The notes beneath the pieces were generated by a model that saw only the letters and a program-made list of their open reading frames with translations, ran no database searches and was not told the DNA's origin. The position numbers and the translations under genes are program-made. From Candidatus Multivoradales bacterium (GTDB lineage Bacteria > Acidobacteriota > Thermoanaerobaculia > Multivoradales > JAHEKO01), in contig CBDCVR010000015.1 of NCBI GenBank assembly GCA_965223155.1, positions 608,001 to 672,000 on the forward strand: a stretch of DNA of 64,000 nucleotides, in the 5' to 3' direction. Position 1 is the first letter of the stretch. Each line of letters opens with the position of its first letter. Shown piece by piece: positions 58,073 through 64,000 of this stretch.

Positions 58073-60040
58073 CTAGTACCAAGTAACCCGGCGTACCGGC
58101 TGGAAGAGCCCGGTCGCCCGGGCGCATTCCGGTTCTACGGGACAAAGGTCGCACTCGGGCTCGGACATCTCCGGACATCGAGAGCGGTTTTGAAACAGGA
58201 AGAAATCGACGGCGCCCATCGAAAGGCCGGACGCCGAAGCTAGCTCGGCCACGGCCAGATAGGAGGCTTCCCGGACGGCGTCGTGCTCGGCAGCCGTCAG
58301 GAGCCGGCGCGCTTCGAGCCGGCCGCGGAGCTGGGGATCTTCGATCCGCACCAGACCCATGCGCAGGCAGCTTCGCTGGACGTGGTAATCGACGATCGGC
58401 GCCAGCTCGTCGGGCCGCTCGCCAGAGGGTCCCGCGGACGAGTCGAGCCAGCGCTCGGGCCGTTGCCGCAGAATTGCCGCCAGCAGCATCGCCTTCTTGC
58501 GAAGAGGATCCTCACGCAGGCCGGGGAGGTGGTCGAGCTGGACGAGCAACGTCCCAAGCGGCTCCGACGCCTCGTTGGCTCGGGTCACGATGGCCGCCGG
58601 CGAACGCCGCCACTCCTTCAGCACCTCCCCATACGAGCTCAGAAGCCGCCAGCGCTCAGCCATCTGCGGGAACGGGCAGACGCCATCGTCCGCCGCCAGG
58701 CGGCGCTCGAGCTCTTCCGGCCGGAGAGCGGCCAGCCGCTCGGGGGTAAACGCCGACCGGTCCTGCCGGAGCCAGCGAAGAAAGGCGGCAAAGAGCGCGT
58801 CCGAGCCTTTGAGACGATCACCGCCGATCCGGGTCCACATCGGCCCAGCGTAAGCCCGCCCATCGTCGTGCCAGAATCCGAACTGAAGCACCGTCACGGC
58901 AAAGAAGAGCTCCAGAGCGCCCTCTTCCTCAGGATCCGGAAACCACGGGCCCACGAACCCAAATACAGTAACTTCATGGTTACCAGACAAGAGCCTGCCG
59001 ATCTGTTGGACTCGGGCCTGATCGACCCGGGCCGCCTTGGTCTCTCGAACGGCCCCGGAGCCTCCCAACCGCCCGCTCCAAACGCCCTCAGAAGCCCCGC
59101 CCGCGCCGGCCTCATCCGCCAGGCTCAAGAGACGCGCGCGCCCTCCGGCCCCAAGCACCCTTGAGGCCAGGGAGACGCCTCGGCGGGCGACGAGCACTGG
59201 ATGCTCGCGGCGGGCCAGGCCCGCCAGGGCGGCACCGCAGAACATGTCGCCGCCACCGGTCGGGTCCGTGACGGGCGCGAGGGCATCGATCCGAGAGGAC
59301 AGAACCGGCCCGGCGGCCTTGGCCGGGGCCGCCTCCCGGACCGGCTCCGACACCACCCGGGTCGAAAACGACCCTTGCACCACCAAAGCGCCACGGGCAC
59401 CGAGGGTCACCAGGCGCAGCCGGCCCGGAGGCGTCGCCAGCGCTTCAGGCATCACCGAGTCATCCTCGGTCACGAGCCAGCCGAAAAGCGAGCGATGCTC
59501 TTCCTCGTTGCAGAAGAAGACGTCGGCCAGCGCGATCGCGGCCAGGAGCTCGGGACGGGCCGCCGCGGCCGCGGCCGGATAAGTCCCCGTCGCCACCAAG
59601 CCGCTCAGGGACCTGAGCTCGCGAACCATCGCCAGTTGGCGCTCGGTCTCGGCGAACGGAATCGAGAAGGCAGCCGCCCACGGGCCGGCGGCGGATCCCA
59701 GCATCGAGATCTCGAGGTCGCTCTCAGCGCCGGGATCGGCGTCCACATAGCGGGCCCGGCCCGCGCCGTCGATCTCGATCTCGAAGCGCGGCAGATCCTC
59801 GACGGCAACCTTGGGACCGAGCCATTCGAGACGGCCGTTCGCCCCGGCCAGCTCGGGCGGCATCGGATCCGGGCGCGGCGCGAGCATGGTCACCTGGGCC
59901 CCGGCGGCCTCCGCCGCCAGAGCGGTAAAGAGCCCGGCGCCGCCGAACATTCGCCGCTCCTCCACACCGGTCCGGACCCGATCCCGGGAGGCTCCCCCGA
60001 CGATCAGGATGCGAGGCCTAGAACCGCTGACGCCGGTCAG
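58073..60040 (-). CDS. Fusion: PfkB-family kinase + queuosine-salvage (Qng1/DUF2419)-like N-glycosylase + C-terminal 4-Cys cluster motif
   Basis: PfkB motifs ILIVG..S.D, GGAG, NEEE and DPTGGGD. Qng1-like motifs QFGFW, RKKAML, VDYHV...LRMG, E..VR and VDFFLF. Tail C-x7-C-x2-C-x5-C. Start extended to CTG 60040 (ORF track gives GTG 59965). Confidence 0.8.
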   Translation of the reverse strand: MTGVSGSRPRILIVGGASRDRVRTGVEERRMFGGAGLFTALAAEAAGAQVTMLAPRPDPMPPELAGANGRLEWLGPKVAVEDLPRFEIEIDGAGRARYVDADPGAESDLEISMLGSAAGPWAAAFSIPFAETERQLAMVRELRSLSGLVATGTYPAAAAAARPELLAAIALADVFFCNEEEHRSLFGWLVTEDDSVMPEALATPPGRLRLVTLGARGALVVQGSFSTRVVSEPVREAAPAKAAGPVLSSRIDALAPVTDPTGGGDMFCGAALAGLARREHPVLVARRGVSLASRVLGAGGRARLLSLADEAGAGGASEGVWSGRLGGSGAVRETKAARVDQARVQQIGRLLSGNHEVTVFGFVGPWFPDPEEEGALELFFAVTVLQFGFWHDDGRAYAGPMWTRIGGDRLKGSDALFAAFLRWLRQDRSAFTPERLAALRPEELERRLAADDGVCPFPQMAERWRLLSSYGEVLKEWRRSPAAIVTRANEASEPLGTLLVQLDHLPGLREDPLRKKAMLLAAILRQRPERWLDSSAGPSGERPDELAPIVDYHVQRSCLRMGLVRIEDPQLRGRLEARRLLTAAEHDAVREASYLAVAELASASGLSMGAVDFFLFQNRSRCPEMSEPECDLCPVEPECARATGLFQPVRRVTWY

Positions 60041-60076
60041 GATCGATCCCCTTCGCGGCCGCGGTCCCAGAAGCCG

Positions 60077-61321
60077 CTAGGCCGACTCGACCGGCAGAAC
60101 ACCGTCCAGAACCTCGCTCGAGCTCTCCTCGTCGCGCCCAATCCCGGCCGCCAGCAGACGCGCGCCGACCATCAAGATCGCGGCCAGCCAGAACGGCCAC
60201 CGAATGCCGACGTGCTGAAAGACCGCACCCGCCCAGATCGGGCCGACCATGCGAGCCACGCCGCCGAAGGCCTGCTGAACGCCCAGGATCAAGCCGGTCT
60301 GGCCTTCGGGCGCGCGGTGCGAGACCAGCGAGGTCGTGGTGGGGAACAAGAGGGCCGTCCCGACCGGAATCAGCAATACGCCGGCGCACAGCGTCCAGAT
60401 CGATCCGGCAAAGGGCGCCGCCGCCATGCCCACCGCTACCGCCAGCGCGCCCAGCCGCATCGCTCCGCGCTCGCCGAACCTTGCCACCGCCGGGCCCAGA
60501 AGAAGCGATCGCATCACCAGCGACACGCCGCCGATGTACATGAAGAACCAGCCGATGGTCTTCTCATTGATACCAAAGACGCGCTCGAGGTAAAGCGCGA
60601 AGATCCCGTTCATGGCCATGAACGCCATCATGCCCAGGGTGTAAACCCAGACCAGCCGGGCCAGAGGATGGGCGGGATGCCGCAGGAAGGCTCCAATGGC
60701 CTTGCGCACGCTGCCTCGACGTCGCTTCGTCGCCCCGTCGGCCGCCCGACCGGATCCACTTGCCGAGCTCGACTCGGGCAGCCAGCGCAAGCCAAAGGCG
60801 AAATTAAGGACGCACAGGATCGCCGCCAGGTAGCCGGGGCCGATCCAGCCCAGCGCGGCCGCCAACGATCCCAGCGCCGGACCCATCATGACGCCGGCGC
60901 TGGTGGCCGCCGTCAGCCAGCCCAGAGCCTTGGCGCGATCCTGCCGCGGCACCGAGTCACTGACGTAGGCCTGAACGACGCCGGTCGTGCCGCTGCCGGC
61001 CCCCTGGACGAAGCGAGACAGGAAGAGCAGCCAGACGGCATCCGCCACTTCGAAGATGGTGTAGGCACCGGCCGAGACCAGAAGACCCAGCAGAATCATC
61101 GGGCGGCGCCCATAGTGGTCCGAGAGCCGGCCCCAGAGCGGCGCCGTGATGAGCTGGGCAAGCGCGAACATCGAAACCAGGGCTCCGACTCGGATCGGAT
61201 CGGCTCCCAGCTTTTCGGCGTAGAAAGGCAGAAGCGGCAGGACGATGAAGAACCCCAGCATGTCGACGAAGACCGTCGCCATCAGCACCCAGATCCTGCG
61301 CAGCGGATGGCCGTCGCTCAT
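60077..61321 (-). CDS. MFS transporter (DHA1/TetA-like)
   Basis: D.LG...V.P.LP, GRLSDHYGRRP motif A and G...GP.LG motif C. ATG 61321 overlaps the upstream TGA. Confidence 0.93.
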   Translation of the reverse strand: MSDGHPLRRIWVLMATVFVDMLGFFIVLPLLPFYAEKLGADPIRVGALVSMFALAQLITAPLWGRLSDHYGRRPMILLGLLVSAGAYTIFEVADAVWLLFLSRFVQGAGSGTTGVVQAYVSDSVPRQDRAKALGWLTAATSAGVMMGPALGSLAAALGWIGPGYLAAILCVLNFAFGLRWLPESSSASGSGRAADGATKRRRGSVRKAIGAFLRHPAHPLARLVWVYTLGMMAFMAMNGIFALYLERVFGINEKTIGWFFMYIGGVSLVMRSLLLGPAVARFGERGAMRLGALAVAVGMAAAPFAGSIWTLCAGVLLIPVGTALLFPTTTSLVSHRAPEGQTGLILGVQQAFGGVARMVGPIWAGAVFQHVGIRWPFWLAAILMVGARLLAAGIGRDEESSSEVLDGVLPVESA

Positions 61322-63012
61322 GCCGTCGCCTCCCGGCGGCTCCAGGCCACGAATGCGAATGCGCTTGCCACCATGAGCAGGACGCCGTAGGCGGCGGCGA
61401 CTCCAGTTTCTTGCAGACGCAGGTTCGACAGAATCTCGATCGAGATCGGCCGGGTTTCGAAGGTGTAGAGGACGATCGAGGTGACGAAGTCCCCAAGCGC
61501 GGTGATGAACGCCAGCCCGGCGCCGGCGGCCAGCGCCGGACGCACCATCGGTAACACCACCCGGCGCAGCCGCAGCCAGCGGCCCGCGCCCAGTCCGGCC
61601 GCGGCCTCCTCCAGCGTTCGATCGAATTGCCGTAAGCCGGCAAAAGCGCTCCTGCCGGTGACCGGAAGGCTGCGCACCAGGTACGCCAGGGGCAGGATCA
61701 CCGGCGTGCCGATCAGAACGAACCGGCCGGCCCATGGGGCCGAAACCGCGAACGCGGTTGCCAGAGCGATGGCGAAGACGGTGCCGGGAATCGCCCAGGG
61801 CAGGGCGACCAGGGTCTCCAAAAGCGAGCCCAGCCGGCCGCCCCGGGCCAGCGCCGTGCGCGCCGTAGCCAGGCCTAGAGCCAGCGCTCCGGCGGTCGAG
61901 GCCGCCGCCATCCACAGAGAATTCCCGACCGGCCGCAGCCGCTCAGGCGCCGAGATCAGCGACCGGTAGTTGGACAGGTCCAGGACTGGCGGCAGCGCTT
62001 CGACCGTCCACGTCCCGGAAGGCACGAACGACACCACCAGCAGCGTCAAGTGCGGCAGAAGAAGAAAGAGCGCGAGCGACCATCCGGCGGCGGTCGCCAG
62101 AGCTCGCGCGGCCGGGCTCTCGAGCGACCGCCGCCGCGGGGCCAGTCCGCGCACGCCGCCGATGACCGCCGAGCGGCGCCGATCGAAGGCGATCAAGGCC
62201 CCGAGACCGGCCACCGCCACCAGCGCCAGGACTACGGTCTCGACCTGGGCCATCGTGGTCTCGCCGTTGAGCTTCGAGGCGACGATCTGGGTGGTCATCA
62301 CCCGGAAGCCGCCGCCAAAGATGTACGGCGCCGAAAACGACGACAGCGAGGTCATGAAGGTCAGAAGCGCGGCGCCCGCCAGCGCCGGCTTGAGAAGCGG
62401 CAGAACCACCCGCCGGAGCCGCGCCCAGCGACCCGCCCCGAGCGCCGCCGCCGCTTCTTCCATCGATGGGTCGAGCCGGCTCAGCGCGGCCCGCGCGAAG
62501 AGGTAGAAATAGACGTACATCGAATAGGCGTGCACCAAGAGAATGGCACCGGCGCCGCGCAGCCGCCACGGCGGCCGCTCCAGCCCCAGGACAAAGCCGG
62601 CCGCCCGCGTCAGAAAGCCGCTCTCGCCGTACAGGAAGAGAAAGGCCAGAACGCCGACCAGCGGTGGCAGCGCCACCGGCAGGGCGATCAATCCGCCCAG
62701 AACGGCCCTGCCGGGAAACTCGAAACGCTCGAAGACGAACGCCAGGGGCACGCCGACTGCCGCCGCCAGCGCCACCGAGGCGAGCGAGATCCAGACGCTG
62801 CGCCAGAGCGCCAACCACTCGTCCGGCCGGCGGCCAAACTCGGCAAAACCAGCGAACGACGGTTGCGTCGGAATCCCGAGCGCTTCGAGTACCGTCAGCG
62901 CCAGCGGATAGCCCACCAGCCAGGCGAGAACGAGAGCCAGAGCCGGCCCCCAGAGCCGATTTCGGAGCCGGGACCGAATCGGCCCGGGCGCCCGCCGCGG
63001 CTCGGCGCTCAA
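61318..63012 (-). CDS. ABC transporter permease (Fe3+/thiamine/polyamine-type, two EAA loops)
   Basis: EEAAAALGA and EEAAAGLGA loops, LPPLVG and IPGTV; TTG start overlaps the ATPase stop. Confidence 0.9.
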   Translation of the reverse strand: MSAEPRRAPGPIRSRLRNRLWGPALALVLAWLVGYPLALTVLEALGIPTQPSFAGFAEFGRRPDEWLALWRSVWISLASVALAAAVGVPLAFVFERFEFPGRAVLGGLIALPVALPPLVGVLAFLFLYGESGFLTRAAGFVLGLERPPWRLRGAGAILLVHAYSMYVYFYLFARAALSRLDPSMEEAAAALGAGRWARLRRVVLPLLKPALAGAALLTFMTSLSSFSAPYIFGGGFRVMTTQIVASKLNGETTMAQVETVVLALVAVAGLGALIAFDRRRSAVIGGVRGLAPRRRSLESPAARALATAAGWSLALFLLLPHLTLLVVSFVPSGTWTVEALPPVLDLSNYRSLISAPERLRPVGNSLWMAAASTAGALALGLATARTALARGGRLGSLLETLVALPWAIPGTVFAIALATAFAVSAPWAGRFVLIGTPVILPLAYLVRSLPVTGRSAFAGLRQFDRTLEEAAAGLGAGRWLRLRRVVLPMVRPALAAGAGLAFITALGDFVTSIVLYTFETRPISIEILSNLRLQETGVAAAYGVLLMVASAFAFVAWSRREATA

Positions 63013-64000
63013 GAGCGCACCCGCTCGGCAGCGGCGAAGGCAACCGGTGGATGAGCGTCCGGACGCGGCTCGAGAGTGACCTCGGCGCCCGGCGTCCGGT
63101 CGGACTCATCCAGCCACTCGACCGTACCGCCAGACGCCAACCGGCCGGTCACGAGGCTGTCCCGGCCCACGAACCGGCGCTCCTCGACCTGCGCAGCGAG
63201 GGTCGAGCCCGCCCGGGTCGGGCCAACCGGACCCGGGCCCGAAGTTGCTCTCCAGAACTCGGGCCGCACATAGAGCTCGACGCGCTCGCCGGCACTCAGT
63301 CGCCCCGTCCCGACCTCGGCCGGAAGGCTCGATCCGTTCTCGAGCTCGACCGTGCCGTCCTCTCGCCAGCGCCCGGCGAGCACCGACGACCTGCCCACGA
63401 AACCGGCCACGAACGGGGTCTCGGGCCGGCGGTAGATGGCCTCGGGCGTGCCCACCTGATGCAACCGCCCTTCTTCGAGTACTGCCACCAAGGTACCTAC
63501 GTCGAACGCCTCGTCTTGTTCGTGCGTCACCCAGACCGCGGTGATCCCGATCCGGTCGAGGGTGGCCGCCAGCTCGCGCCGCGTTCGCTCGCGCAGATCC
63601 GGGTCCAGGTTCGAGAGCGGCTCGTCCAGGAGCAGCACGTCCGGCTCCGGTGCCAGCGCCCGTGCCAGCGCGACCCGTTGCTGCTGACCGCCGGAGATCG
63701 CGTCCACCCGCCGGTCGGCGAAGTCCTCGAGATCGACCGCCGCCAACGCCTTGTCGATCCGGCCGGCCGGGTCGAGGCCACGGGCCTCAAGACCGAACGC
63801 CACGTTCTCGCCCACCGACAGGTGTGGGAAAAGCGCGTAGTGCTGGAACACCATGCCGAAGTTGCGCCGCTCAGGAGGAAGCTCGCCCAGCGAGCCGCCG
63901 GCCAGGCGTACGTCACCGGTGTCCGCCCGCTCGAAGCCGGCAACGAGACGCAGCAGCGTCGTCTTACCGCTGCCGCTCCGGCCCAGGAGGACCAAAGTGT
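63009..64000 (-). CDS. ABC transporter ATP-binding protein (5'-truncated by the window edge)
   Basis: GRSGSGKT, ISGGQQQR, LLDEP and a TOBE domain. Confidence 0.92.
   Translation of the reverse strand, partial: TLVLLGRSGSGKTTLLRLVAGFERADTGDVRLAGGSLGELPPERRNFGMVFQHYALFPHLSVGENVAFGLEARGLDPAGRIDKALAAVDLEDFADRRVDAISGGQQQRVALARALAPEPDVLLLDEPLSNLDPDLRERTRRELAATLDRIGITAVWVTHEQDEAFDVGTLVAVLEEGRLHQVGTPEAIYRRPETPFVAGFVGRSSVLAGRWREDGTVELENGSSLPAEVGTGRLSAGERVELYVRPEFWRATSGPGPVGPTRAGSTLAAQVEERRFVGRDSLVTGRLASGGTVEWLDESDRTPGAEVTLEPRPDAHPPVAFAAAERVRS

Overview
A high-GC bacterial chromosome segment. The 16S sequence style and gene content suggest Acidobacteriota, possibly Thermoanaerobaculia; this is inference, not a database result. 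The left end holds the 5' ~500 nt of a minus-strand 16S rRNA gene with two sigma70 promoters and a boxA-like site. It is followed by purS-Q-L-F-M and purN, separated by a secreted CLCA-like metalloprotease/vWA protein and a sulfotransferase. Next come two MBL hydrolases, a TPR / periplasmic / peptidase-propeller-Omp85 trio, and the dprA-topA-trmFO-xerC-hslVU block with an LptM-like FN3 lipoprotein, dapF and tyrS. A small accessory patch carries a KdoO-like oxygenase, an RHH-Doc toxin-antitoxin pair, DUF2200 and a six-unit ~126-bp palindromic repeat array. The right half has a class Ic-type nrdAB with NrdR boxes, an Fe3+ ABC transporter, gltA, acnA, a GH2 hydrolase and a radical SAM protein. 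It ends with an ABC-MFS-[PfkB kinase + Qng1/DUF2419-like glycosylase + 4Cys] operon. The best novelty candidates are that kinase-glycosylase fusion operon (probable CTG start), the CTAG-bounded repeat array, the bacterial CLCA homolog, and an orphan anti-SD-rich sRNA candidate at ~46.8 kb.
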